The position numbers and the translations under genes are program-made. Under the pieces are notes generated by a model, which worked only from the letters and a program-made list of their open reading frames with translations, was not told the origin of the DNA and did not search any database. A stretch of DNA of 64,000 bases, from IMG/VR virus record IMGVR_UViG_3300021963_004549, positions 5,904-69,903 of that record; one strand, given 5' to 3'. This stretch comes from a virus. Of the stretch, positions 8,763 to 17,652 are shown one piece after another (position 1 is the stretch's first letter; each line of letters opens with the position of its first letter).

Positions 8763-9278
8763 ATGGCAACTGTTAAAAAGGTTAAAAAAGCCCAAAGGGG
8801 TGGTTGTGTATCAAATATGAGCGGTGCACAAAGACAAAGATATTTCCAAAGTGCATATGGACCTAGTCCTCTTCAAAAAGCTGGTCAAGCTATCAAAAAT
8901 GTTTTCAGTGGTGGTAAAACTAAAGAAGAGCGTCAAGAAGCTAGAGCAGAACGTAAAGCTATTAAAGCTTCTAAAAAATCAGTACCTGGTGCTAAATACG
9001 GTAAGAGTGTTGTTAAGAAAGCTCAAGATGGTAAAGCTCTTCGAAACACAAAAGAACATGAAAAAAACAGAAAACAATCAACAGCACTCACTGAAATGGG
9101 TAAGAAAACCACTAGAGCTGCTATAGACAAACGTACTGATGAAATGGCTAAGTCTTTAGACAAAGCTTCTGTTTTTGGTAAGAACTATGTTGCAGCTGGT
9201 GATTCAGCTAAGAAAAAAGCTGTTAAGAAGCCTGTTCCTAAAAAGAAGATGGGTGGTAAATGTAAATATGGTTGCTAA
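8763..9278 (+). CDS. polycationic Lys-rich protein, family member
   Basis: MATVKKVKKAQRGG..VKKAQDGKA..KKMGGKCKYGC. Confidence 0.5.
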   Translation: MATVKKVKKAQRGGCVSNMSGAQRQRYFQSAYGPSPLQKAGQAIKNVFSGGKTKEERQEARAERKAIKASKKSVPGAKYGKSVVKKAQDGKALRNTKEHEKNRKQSTALTEMGKKTTRAAIDKRTDEMAKSLDKASVFGKNYVAAGDSAKKKAVKKPVPKKKMGGKCKYGC

Positions 9279-9418
9279 TGAAATCAGGTAAACCACGTTT
9301 GGCTCCTAAGGTTAGAAACCCTAAGCCTAACAAGCCTTATATGAGGGAATCAGATAATACTAGAAATAAAGGTAAGAGCCCTATGGCTCCTATGACTGGT
9401 AAGAAATTATCAAAATAA
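9278..9418 (+). CDS. small basic Lys/Pro-rich protein (46 aa), last member of the array
   Basis: MKSGKPRLAPKVRNPKPNKPYMRESDNTRNKGKSPMAPMTGKKLSK; TAATG overlap with upstream stop. Confidence 0.35.
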   Translation: MKSGKPRLAPKVRNPKPNKPYMRESDNTRNKGKSPMAPMTGKKLSK

Positions 9419-9467
9419 TCTTCCCTATAGTCTCAGTATTATAGGTCTGCTACCAATGGTAGCTAAA

Positions 9468-9502
9468 AGAAAAGCCCCCCAGAAATGGAGGGCTTTTTTT
9501 AT
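9468..9502. terminator. bidirectional rho-independent terminator between convergent gene blocks
   Basis: aaagcccccc-agaaatggag-gggcttttttt hairpin with T-run on + strand and A-run upstream giving a U-tract on - strand. Confidence 0.6.
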
Positions 9503-9522
9503 GAGCAAAAACGAAAGAAAGT

Positions 9523-10197
9523 TTATGGTAGTTGAGAATAATAATCCTCTTTAAAATGTGGATGTAACTCTATTACACCCTTTCTATCATCTAACACTTT
9601 ATCTGCCTGAGCTAATATCACTTCATTAGGTTGTATACCCATTCCAGATATATGTAATGTTCCCATACCCCAACGGTATAACATTGTTGTAGGGATGTTC
9701 TCGTATATTCTAGCATGGTGTCCAAATGTGATATCAGCATCCTCATCTCCTGATTTGTGGGGCCATGTGATTCTATCTAAGTAACTCTTAGTATAGATGT
9801 TTCCATTATTTATGTTGGAACTTATTCTCTCAAACTTATTGTTTACAAAGAAATAGTGATGTTGACTTCTGTAGATTTCATACCCACTGTTCAACACTAT
9901 TCCCATTGTAGCATCGCTGATTGCATTAGGTCCTAATAGATCATCATCGTCTAGTCTATAGATGTAATCGTTCTTACACTGTTTGTATCCCCATTTAAGC
10001 TTTGCAGCTATGGAAGGAAACCTTTCCTTAAGATTAAATATACGTATAGCAGGATGATTGTACGTATAATCCACTTCAGGATTATCATTTACAATAACCA
10101 TCTCAGCATCAGGTATAGGATTTTGTCTAATGAAAGACTCCATAGCTTCTTCAAGCAAGTGGTGTCTTTTATATGTGATTGTTAGTACGCTTATCAT
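9523..10197 (-). CDS. glycosyltransferase family 2
   Basis: MISVLTITYKRHHLLEEAMESFIRQN..AEMVIVNDNPEV N-terminal GT2 signature and later RLDDDD; start placed at MISVL (ATGA overlap with upstream gene). Confidence 0.6.
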   Translation of the reverse strand: MISVLTITYKRHHLLEEAMESFIRQNPIPDAEMVIVNDNPEVDYTYNHPAIRIFNLKERFPSIAAKLKWGYKQCKNDYIYRLDDDDLLGPNAISDATMGIVLNSGYEIYRSQHHYFFVNNKFERISSNINNGNIYTKSYLDRITWPHKSGDEDADITFGHHARIYENIPTTMLYRWGMGTLHISGMGIQPNEVILAQADKVLDDRKGVIELHPHFKEDYYSQLP

Positions 10198-10988
10198 TTT
10201 GGTAGTATTAGTCCTTTTTGAAAATAGGTAGGTAGAATTATCCAATCCTTACAGTACATCGAATCCCATTGATGGGGATACTCTGGACCAAACCATGTTT
10301 CAGGTGCTACGACAATCTTTTTAGCATTTCTACAAAGATAGGCAGCCCACCAACTAAACGAGCTGTTAGATATCACAAAGTTTTGACACATTGATAAGAT
10401 CCACAACTGTTCCTCTGGTTTATATCCTTCTAAGAAGAACATGTTAGGGAGATGTATGTTTTCTTTACACCACTCAATATCATCACTAGCTATTAGAAAC
10501 ATCTCTGTATCAGGTATTTTCTCAATAGCTTTGTATATATATTCTGGTGTGACCACTGGGTGGTAATTGGGAGAGTGTAAATAGTCACCTCTACGTACAT
10601 TAATCACTGTAACAATCTTCTTATGTAGATGAGGTAGTTCATTAATAATCCTTTCTACAAACTCTTGAGGAGGACCAAACAAACGTTTAATGTCTTCACC
10701 ATACTTCTCAAAATAACTTTCGCTTTGGTAGTATCCAAAATAGAACGTAGGTTTATCGTCTGAAGGAACTGCTAAGTTATAGTTTCTATTGTCCTGATAA
10801 GAGTCTACAAACTTTAACTCACGAAATATACTTTTTGAATAGTCATTCCCATGATAGATTACATGAGGTTTGTAAATAACAACCTGCTTATTATAGTCAA
10901 GCCCTTTTGCAAGAGCATGAGCTATCATAAACAAGTTGTTACCCAACCTGCCTCCTAATAGAGGCATTATATAATCTTTAGTTACCAC
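10194..10988 (-). CDS. glycosyltransferase family 11-like (alpha-1,2-fucosyltransferase-type)
   Basis: N-terminal GGRLGNNLFMIAHALAKGL resembles GT11 GGLGNQMFQYAF motif; real start probably MPLLGG at 10967. Confidence 0.5.
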   Translation of the reverse strand: MVTKDYIMPLLGGRLGNNLFMIAHALAKGLDYNKQVVIYKPHVIYHGNDYSKSIFRELKFVDSYQDNRNYNLAVPSDDKPTFYFGYYQSESYFEKYGEDIKRLFGPPQEFVERIINELPHLHKKIVTVINVRRGDYLHSPNYHPVVTPEYIYKAIEKIPDTEMFLIASDDIEWCKENIHLPNMFFLEGYKPEEQLWILSMCQNFVISNSSFSWWAAYLCRNAKKIVVAPETWFGPEYPHQWDSMYCKDWIILPTYFQKGLILPK

Positions 10989-11272
10989 ACTTGAATAATG
11001 TCAAACGGTGATACTAATATTGCACGTTCTTCACCATCGTTAGAGATTGGAACCAATGTAGCTTTGTTTAAAGCTGCTGGATCTACTAAAACCCAGTCTC
11101 CTGCTTTAATCTCTGTAACAATGGTACCAACTTGTAACACCTTTAGTTTAGACATCTTGTTAAGTAATTCTCTTTGTAATGCTTCTTTAGTGTTTTCGTC
11201 TACAACAATCTTGCTTTCCTCTTCTTGTGGAGGTAGTTCTAATAGCACTCTGTTTCCTAATAACTTTGGCAT
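10982..11272 (-). CDS. GroES/Cpn10-like co-chaperonin
   Basis: 96 aa; RVLLEL..KIVVDE..LKVLQVG..IKAGDWVLV..ERAILVSPFDIIQVW matches Cpn10 architecture. Confidence 0.5.
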   Translation of the reverse strand: MPKLLGNRVLLELPPQEEESKIVVDENTKEALQRELLNKMSKLKVLQVGTIVTEIKAGDWVLVDPAALNKATLVPISNDGEERAILVSPFDIIQVW

Positions 11273-11274
11273 GA

Positions 11275-11544
11275 TTAATTATTTAAATTGTTAAATCTAG
11301 TTACGTCTTCATCAACTAAGCTAATCTCTGTTGAATATGTGTTGCGTTGTCTTTTAACTCCTCTTTGTTTTCCTGTCTTAGGATCAATATCTGGAACATC
11401 TTCTGAACGGTCATGTGCATCATCTAATAAGACTAACACTTTGTTGTCTTCTATTTGTACTGATCTAATCACCTTGTTCAGGTTAAAACTGTCGGTGTAA
11501 GTTTTGTCACCGTCCTTTCTTGTGTAAAAGAATAAATTGCTCAT
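11275..11544 (-). CDS. hypothetical protein
   Basis: ORF in compact minus-strand operon. Confidence 0.4.
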   Translation of the reverse strand: MSNLFFYTRKDGDKTYTDSFNLNKVIRSVQIEDNKVLVLLDDAHDRSEDVPDIDPKTGKQRGVKRQRNTYSTEISLVDEDVTRFNNLNN

Positions 11545-11552
11545 ATTAATCT

Positions 11553-11792
11553 TTATTTATTTTGGTTTAATAATGTTAATCTTTCTACTAAGATTTCTTC
11601 ATAGTGACACATTGCTTTAAGTTGGTGTTTCAATAAATCTTTATGTTCCCAACCAAGTTCTCTAAAACTAAGATTTAAAGTGACAAACATTTTTAATCTT
11701 TCAATCTTTTGTGCTAATTCTAATCTTTCTTCAGTTAATTTTTCTGAAAGTTTGGACTCTACTAGTGGTCCTTCATAAGTTTCTTGACTCAT
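11553..11792 (-). CDS. hypothetical protein
   Basis: ORF. Confidence 0.4.
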   Translation of the reverse strand: MSQETYEGPLVESKLSEKLTEERLELAQKIERLKMFVTLNLSFRELGWEHKDLLKHQLKAMCHYEEILVERLTLLNQNK

Positions 11793-12238
11793 TTGTTTTG
11801 GTTTACTTGTTTATAAAATTGTTTTGTTAAATACTGTAACTGGTAGGTGTACACCTCTTCTGTTTCATCATTTAGCTCAATACCTGCCCATTTCATCATA
11901 TCTATTGTTACATGGAGTAATTCATGTTGTACAACAGATGAGTCCTTAATATCTGAGAACCATATGATAGGAGGTTTACCATCAGCTGTACCAAATGTTA
12001 CAGCCCTAGCATCTAAATTAGGACTCTTAAGACTACTGTCAAAGTTGGTAGTTATATACTTAGCAGCAAATGCTGTATCCTCTGTAACAATGATTTGTAC
12101 ATCTAGGTCAAATGTTCCAGCAGGTATTGTATACACCTTATAATAAGGATTTGGAGCTTTCTTATCTGTCACCCAGATAGATGTAGCTACCATGGCTACC
12201 AAGGATACACCTATTATTATTCCCTCAGCTAATTTCAT
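11789..12238 (-). CDS. membrane-anchored putative zinc metallopeptidase (HExxH)
   Basis: N-terminal TM IIIGVSLVAMVATSIWV; HELLH motif. Confidence 0.4.
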   Translation of the reverse strand: MKLAEGIIIGVSLVAMVATSIWVTDKKAPNPYYKVYTIPAGTFDLDVQIIVTEDTAFAAKYITTNFDSSLKSPNLDARAVTFGTADGKPPIIWFSDIKDSSVVQHELLHVTIDMMKWAGIELNDETEEVYTYQLQYLTKQFYKQVNQNK

Positions 12239-12650
12239 ACTTTTGTTTTAAATGTTCACGTCTATTGTTTACTTCCTCAAACCTATAAATATCACTCTCC
12301 ACTTGATCATGTTCGTTCAAGGTCAAAAGTATGATATTTTCTTCATCTAACGCAGCTTGAGGGTATTTATTTTTTGGTAAAATGTGATGGAAGTATACTG
12401 AGAGGGGCTCCCCAACTAAGGGAAGCCCACTAATCTCAGATAAGTGTTGTCTTTTTTTCCAAATTTGTAAGAAAAACTGTTGCATTTCGGAAATTTGTCG
12501 AATTTCCTCATCTTTTTTGACACACATTTTATATGTATCTCTGATTAGCTTTAAAGTTTTAGTACCTTTTGACATAGCTTTTCTAGGCTTATGTTGGAAA
12601 CAATACTCTCCGTCACAATTTTTACCACATGTTTTACATTGTGTTTTCAT
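12225..12650 (-). CDS. putative HNH endonuclease with N-terminal Cys cluster
   Basis: CKTCGKNCDGEYC; FHHILPKNKYP..N..LNEHDQ fits the H-N-H spacing. Confidence 0.3.
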   Translation of the reverse strand: MKTQCKTCGKNCDGEYCFQHKPRKAMSKGTKTLKLIRDTYKMCVKKDEEIRQISEMQQFFLQIWKKRQHLSEISGLPLVGEPLSVYFHHILPKNKYPQAALDEENIILLTLNEHDQVESDIYRFEEVNNRREHLKQKYEIS

Positions 12651-12652
12651 AC

Positions 12653-13006
12653 TTATCTACATCCTGCATAGTGATAAATGTTGCTTCTATCTCTTCTAAT
12701 AAGCTCTGATGCATCTTTAACACAAAGATTATTACCTATAACAAATCTAGAGAAATCAACAATAGCTGCCCTTTCTTTTCTAGTAGTGCTTCTGTTAAGT
12801 CTTACATTAGTATCTTTAACTATCTCAATATCTGCACCATGTCTTTCAACACATTCTGAAAGAGCTTGCTCAAGTGTCTGTCCTTCATCTTGCATGAAGT
12901 CTAGATTTTTCATCACTACAAAGTCTATTTCAAGTCTCTTTCCAAACGTTTCTTGGAACTCACGTTGGTAACCTTTAATCACTGCTAATTCTCTTGGAGT
13001 CATCAT
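12653..13006 (-). CDS. hypothetical protein
   Basis: ORF. Confidence 0.4.
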   Translation of the reverse strand: MMTPRELAVIKGYQREFQETFGKRLEIDFVVMKNLDFMQDEGQTLEQALSECVERHGADIEIVKDTNVRLNRSTTRKERAAIVDFSRFVIGNNLCVKDASELIRRDRSNIYHYAGCR

Positions 13007-13018
13007 TTTAATTTTATA

Positions 13019-13465
13019 TTACTTTAATCCTGTAGAACCAAATCCACCTTCACCTCTATTTGTATCTGATAGGGCTGTCACTTCTAAGAATGCAATGTTA
13101 TACACCTCATCTAGATAGAACTGTGCCACTCTATCACCTACAGCATAAGGGAAGTCTTGGTAGTCATCAGCAAATTCTTTCCCTGGTATTGCTGTAAAGA
13201 TAACCATCCACTCACCACGATAGTCAGCATCAATAATGCCTATAGAGTTGTTCATCACCCAGTTATACTTAGTTAAGTTACTACGAGGTACTAACACAGC
13301 TTTATAGCCTACAGGGATTTCTGTCTTAAACCCTAGACCAACAACAACCTTACCGTTTGCACTAGTAATACTATGTGCATACACATCATAACATGCTGCA
13401 TCTAAACTTCCTCTAGAGGGAACAATAGTGTTGTCAGAGATCTTTTTAAATTTCACTTGTAACAT
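13019..13465 (-). CDS. dut: dUTP diphosphatase (trimeric dUTPase)
   Basis: motifs AACYDVYA, RSNL, GIIDADYRGE; start at MLQVKF limits overlap with recA to 20 nt. Confidence 0.7.
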   Translation of the reverse strand: MLQVKFKKISDNTIVPSRGSLDAACYDVYAHSITSANGKVVVGLGFKTEIPVGYKAVLVPRSNLTKYNWVMNNSIGIIDADYRGEWMVIFTAIPGKEFADDYQDFPYAVGDRVAQFYLDEVYNIAFLEVTALSDTNRGEGGFGSTGLK

Positions 13466-14480
13466 CTTCTTCAGTTTTAATTTCAGTTTGGTTAATTTTG
13501 TTAATAATGCTAGTCTTGATTTCATTGTAAAACTCTTCGTTGTCTAACAACATAGCTTTAAACTCTTCAAGATCATACTTTGTTTCATTGAACGTGAATG
13601 TCTTACCATACTTCCTACCAAGTTCAAACTCGTTAAGAAGCTCCATAATCTCACCCACCTTATCAATACCCTCACCATATACAATATCAAATGCATGTAG
13701 CTTATAAGGAGAACTCATCTTGTTCTTTACAGCTTTCACCTTGGTAATATTACCGTAGTTTACATCACCTTCCTTAGCTAAGCTCTTGCTCACCTCTATT
13801 CTTACATCAGTGTAGAACTTCAATGCATGACCACCCTGAGTTGTTGTAGGGTTACCAAACATGACACCAATCTTCTCACGATATTGACTTACCACAATAA
13901 CACATACATTGTGTTGTGATAGGGCACCTTTTAGTTTTGGATATGCATTACTATTCAATCTAGCTTTGTAACCGATAGTGCTATCACCTACATCACCATC
14001 TAATTGTTTCTTAGGAATCAATGATGAATCTGAGTCAATGATAACAAGATCAACATCTCCTGTTTGAATCATTTCCATAGCAATGTTAAAGCCTTCCTCA
14101 CCGCAGCTTGGTTGAGCAATTAACATCTTGGTAGTGTCTACACCTAGAGCTTGGAAGTATTGCTTATCTACAGCATGCTCGCCATCTATATATAACACAG
14201 TGCCACCTTTCTTTTGACACTCTGCTACAGCATGACCACAAATTGTAGACTTACCTGAGCCTTCCCAGCCCATTAGTTCATACATCTTACCTTTTACAAA
14301 TCCTCCAGTTCCTAAAGTGATATGATCAAAACCAATACTCCCTGTACTGATAATGTCATACTCACCATCTGTTTTGCTTTCTAGTGTTAGGATTGTTCCT
14401 ACACCATAAGCTTTGTTTAACTTCTCAAGGGCTTCTTGATATTTACTTTTGCCCTCTGAGCTTTCCTTTGCTTTTGCCAT
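13446..14480 (-). CDS. recA: RecA-family recombinase
   Basis: GSIGFDHITLGTGGF, Walker A GWEGSGKST, LYIDGEHAVD, VIIDSDSSL Walker B. Confidence 0.85.
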   Translation of the reverse strand: MAKAKESSEGKSKYQEALEKLNKAYGVGTILTLESKTDGEYDIISTGSIGFDHITLGTGGFVKGKMYELMGWEGSGKSTICGHAVAECQKKGGTVLYIDGEHAVDKQYFQALGVDTTKMLIAQPSCGEEGFNIAMEMIQTGDVDLVIIDSDSSLIPKKQLDGDVGDSTIGYKARLNSNAYPKLKGALSQHNVCVIVVSQYREKIGVMFGNPTTTQGGHALKFYTDVRIEVSKSLAKEGDVNYGNITKVKAVKNKMSSPYKLHAFDIVYGEGIDKVGEIMELLNEFELGRKYGKTFTFNETKYDLEEFKAMLLDNEEFYNEIKTSIINKINQTEIKTEEDVTSEI

Positions 14481-14535
14481 AATTGTTGATTTTATAGATA
14501 CAAATTTACGAATAACTTTACAAAATAAAAAATAA

Positions 14536-14575
14536 AAAAATAGCCCCAGTATAGATATACCAGGGCTTTCATAAT
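14536..14575 (-). terminator. rho-independent terminator (minus strand) downstream of the nrdJ/Cys-protein pair
   Basis: agccccagtatagatataccagggct hairpin followed on minus strand by a U-tract (+ strand aaaaaataaaaaaata). Confidence 0.45.
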
Positions 14576-14601
14576 CAAAATGAAAAACTAAAAACAGAAC
14601 A

Positions 14602-14787
14602 CTAAAACAAAATATCTTTCTTGTCTTCTAAGACATTATTACCTTTTTTTCTTGGTTTGGTATATGGGCAGTGTTTACACCCGTTTGCACAACACTCACC
14701 ACGTTGGATGAGAAACAGAGCTGTAAATACAACTCTATCCCCATCCAAGTAGTAATGTTTATCTTTTATGAATTCTTTCTTTTCCAT
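14602..14787 (-). CDS. small Cys-rich protein (CCxNGCxHCPY), translationally coupled to RNR
   Basis: 61 aa; RGECCANGCKHCPY; ATGA overlap with nrdJ stop. Confidence 0.4.
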   Translation of the reverse strand: MEKKEFIKDKHYYLDGDRVVFTALFLIQRGECCANGCKHCPYTKPRKKGNNVLEDKKDILF

Positions 14788-16721
14788 TAGATGTTAACTT
14801 CACAAGCACCACCTGCACATGCAGCGATAGCACCAAAGTCTACAGTATCATCCATCTCCATCACTTTTGTTAAGTCAATGGATTTCAATGATTTAATACG
14901 GTTGTTGTATTCCTCTTCTGTGATGTCTTCAAAAGGAGCTTGAGAATAACTACCTCCAAAATAAGGCAGCACTGACAAACCATTGTATACATCTCGATTG
15001 GTCCACATCCAATTACCTACAGCTTGCCATTCATTTAACCAGCCCTCTTTTGATAATGTAAATTGACTTCCTTTACCATCAGACATGTTAATAGAAGTGT
15101 ATTTTCTATCATTATCAACAGAGATGGTAGCACTTACGTTGTGTGTATTAGCTCCATTGTTATGACCTGCTTTAACCCACTCTGTAGAAAACTTCTTAAC
15201 ACGTTCTAGTGTATCAATTGCTGTCTCTGTACGTAGAATAGATCCTTCAGGAGCTTTAACTGGAATGCGTACACACACTGTATCCTTAGGACGTAATACA
15301 TCATCTTCACATAGTTCAGGATGGTTAATTTCTAAGTACATAGCAATGTCTTCATTCTTGTTGAATCTCATTGTACGTAGATAGTGAGGAGCATGCCAAG
15401 CATGTATACCACTAGCTGTACCTAACACAAGGCTAGTTGTACCAGAAGGTTTAATACATGTAATACGAGCTGCTTCATTAGTACCAATAAGAGCTGATAG
15501 GTCCCTATTCATAGTTTTAGCTGTGTTAGCTACTAGTTCTAGGTCATACTTCAAGATTTCTCCTGAACCAATACCAGTCATACCAATACCCAATAGAGCA
15601 TCTTTCTGTGTAGTCTTTTGCCAAATAGGACGTAAGTAATGAAAGTCAAAGAATCCTGCCTGTAATGTACCAAAGAATGAAGCAATTGCCACTCTTTCAT
15701 TAAGATCGTCTTGATCTTTAATATCAGATACATTCACTTCACATAGGTTACAGAATTGGAATGGACGTAATCCAATTTCACAACAAGGATTAGTTCCCCA
15801 ATCTAGATCGTTAGACCAATAGATACCTGGTTCACCGCTTCCTGATGCTTCAATTCTTTTCCATAGAGACATGAATTCTTCTTCACTCACCTCACCTCTT
15901 TTAAGGACAGCTGAGTTATTACTTCTACCACGCTGTTCATTAAGCTCCCACCAGTTACCATACTTACATGTAATCATTTCCTCATCATCATGGCTGAATA
16001 GGCTAATCATAGCACTTCTTCTAATACCACCTGCAAGGACACTATTAGCAATGTGACACATAATATCATGGCATTCTAGAGGAGATAGTTTACTACCATC
16101 TTCTTTACGCTCCATAATAGCATCAATGTGAGCTAATGCAATCTTTAATGGTTCTGGACCAGGTGCTTTACCACCAGCTGTTACAAGTCTAGCTCCTTTC
16201 TCACGGATAGCTCTAAAGTCAAACTTAGGCTTTAAACCACCTTCAAAATAGAACTTCATTAACACCTTCACAGCATCAGCCCATCCCATAATACTATCCT
16301 CAATAAGATAGTTCTTATGCTTATAAGACTCTTGTTTCTTAATAGCTGGTAATTGAGCTACGTGGTGCTTCTGTACAGAAAAACCAACACCTGAACCACC
16401 TAATAATAAGAACATAGTCTCACTGAAGCTATACAGACTATCCACTGGCAGATAAGCACAGTTGTATCCCCTAGCATTATTCACTTCCATAGCTGGACCA
16501 GCAAACTGAAGGGCTCTCATAGATGGTAACACCTTCTTATCTCTGATAAACTTGGCACTCTCTACAATAGCATCTTGTAATTTAGGATATTTCTTGATCA
16601 TCATTGTTTCATACCTATCCACTATCTCATCCCAGGTTTCTCTTCTCTTGAGTTCTGGGACATACTTCGCATACTTACTAAAAATCGTTATTTTACTTAA
16701 CGCATCTAATCCTAAATCCAT
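14787..16721 (-). CDS. nrdJ: ribonucleotide reductase, class II (adenosylcobalamin-dependent) type
   Basis: active-site NPCCEIGL (class II NPCGE-like, not class I NLCSEI); C-terminal Cys pair ACAGGACE; no NrdB nearby; start set at MDLGLD because a terminator-like hairpin lies inside the longer N-terminal extension. Confidence 0.65.
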   Translation of the reverse strand: MDLGLDALSKITIFSKYAKYVPELKRRETWDEIVDRYETMMIKKYPKLQDAIVESAKFIRDKKVLPSMRALQFAGPAMEVNNARGYNCAYLPVDSLYSFSETMFLLLGGSGVGFSVQKHHVAQLPAIKKQESYKHKNYLIEDSIMGWADAVKVLMKFYFEGGLKPKFDFRAIREKGARLVTAGGKAPGPEPLKIALAHIDAIMERKEDGSKLSPLECHDIMCHIANSVLAGGIRRSAMISLFSHDDEEMITCKYGNWWELNEQRGRSNNSAVLKRGEVSEEEFMSLWKRIEASGSGEPGIYWSNDLDWGTNPCCEIGLRPFQFCNLCEVNVSDIKDQDDLNERVAIASFFGTLQAGFFDFHYLRPIWQKTTQKDALLGIGMTGIGSGEILKYDLELVANTAKTMNRDLSALIGTNEAARITCIKPSGTTSLVLGTASGIHAWHAPHYLRTMRFNKNEDIAMYLEINHPELCEDDVLRPKDTVCVRIPVKAPEGSILRTETAIDTLERVKKFSTEWVKAGHNNGANTHNVSATISVDNDRKYTSINMSDGKGSQFTLSKEGWLNEWQAVGNWMWTNRDVYNGLSVLPYFGGSYSQAPFEDITEEEYNNRIKSLKSIDLTKVMEMDDTVDFGAIAACAGGACEVNI

Positions 16722-16734
16722 GTTTTGTTTTGTT

Positions 16735-16775
16735 TTTAATTGGTTAAAAAAGGGGGTTGCAAATGTACAACCGCA
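16735..16775 (-). terminator. hairpin with U-tract (minus strand) after gene 16806..17081
   Basis: ggttgcaaatgtacaacc palindrome preceded on + strand by aaaaaagggg. Confidence 0.35.
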
Positions 16776-16805
16776 CTTCTTATAAACCAAGACATTTCAA
16801 AAATT

Positions 16806-17081
16806 CTACTTAACTAAATTTCTTATTTTCATTCCTAATTCAGCATCATTAGGATGGTCTCTAACTAATTTAGTTAGTTCCTTATTTTGCTGCATTAGTT
16901 TCTCTAAATAGAGCGTTGCATCCATAAGTTCTTCCTGTAGATGCTGTAGAAAATTGTCTTTATTATTAGTTTCTAATGTAGTACCGTACTTAGATTGTCC
17001 TAATTCACTACGCTTTGCATATTTCATAAGAACATCCATTACTATTTCATCTTTTACTGTTGCTGTTCCTCTTTCACTCAT
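16806..17081 (-). CDS. hypothetical protein
   Basis: ORF. Confidence 0.4.
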   Translation of the reverse strand: MSERGTATVKDEIVMDVLMKYAKRSELGQSKYGTTLETNNKDNFLQHLQEELMDATLYLEKLMQQNKELTKLVRDHPNDAELGMKIRNLVK

Positions 17082-17443
17082 AGTTTATTGTTTAAGATTT
17101 CAAATGCTTTTTCAATAACTGCTTTCTCAGCTTCTATTCTTGTAGGAGCTTCACCAGACACATCTTCAGATATAGTGTATTTAAACTCCATACCACCAAT
17201 TAAGAAGTTAGGAGTGATTCCTATATACACCTTGTTGTTATCAAATACATCAAACAATCCTCTAGGTTGTAAATCTATAAGCTTACCTATCTTATCATTA
17301 TCAATAGTTGTTTGACGAGCATATTCTTTGAAGTTCTCTGGAAGTTCTTCATCCTTTAGGGACTCCAACATGCTGTTTAAATAATACTGCTTGATAACAA
17401 TAGCTGTTTTGTCATACTTTTCTAATAGTTCTAATCCTGTCAT
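17078..17443 (-). CDS. hypothetical protein
   Basis: ORF, overlapping stop/start. Confidence 0.4.
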   Translation of the reverse strand: MTGLELLEKYDKTAIVIKQYYLNSMLESLKDEELPENFKEYARQTTIDNDKIGKLIDLQPRGLFDVFDNNKVYIGITPNFLIGGMEFKYTISEDVSGEAPTRIEAEKAVIEKAFEILNNKL

Positions 17444-17652
17444 AGCGATTTTGTTTTATTTAGTTCTTCATATTTGTTCTGCCACCAGTCCCTCTCAAAA
17501 TCAAACTCTACACAATCTGTTGTATTTTGATTGTTCTTAATACAATCTTCGTATAGAATAGAATTCTTGAGAGCTTCCATTTTACAGAACAGAATGGTAT
17601 TTTCTATACCAAACTTACTTACTAGTTCTTCTAACACTTCTTTGTTATACAT
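17440..17652 (-). CDS. hypothetical protein
   Basis: ORF. Confidence 0.35.
   Translation of the reverse strand: MYNKEVLEELVSKFGIENTILFCKMEALKNSILYEDCIKNNQNTTDCVEFDFERDWWQNKYEELNKTKSL

Noticed and set aside
8824-9126. 100-aa alternative-frame ORF within the Lys-rich gene
   Set aside because: It is a frame artefact of the AAA/AAG-rich sequence. The annotated frame carries the ATGG start and the paralog motifs.
16722-16790. N-terminal 23-aa extension of the RNR ORF (MVYKKCGCTF...)
   Set aside because: It contains a hairpin plus U-tract consistent with the upstream gene terminator. The downstream ATG (MDLGLD) is the more plausible start.
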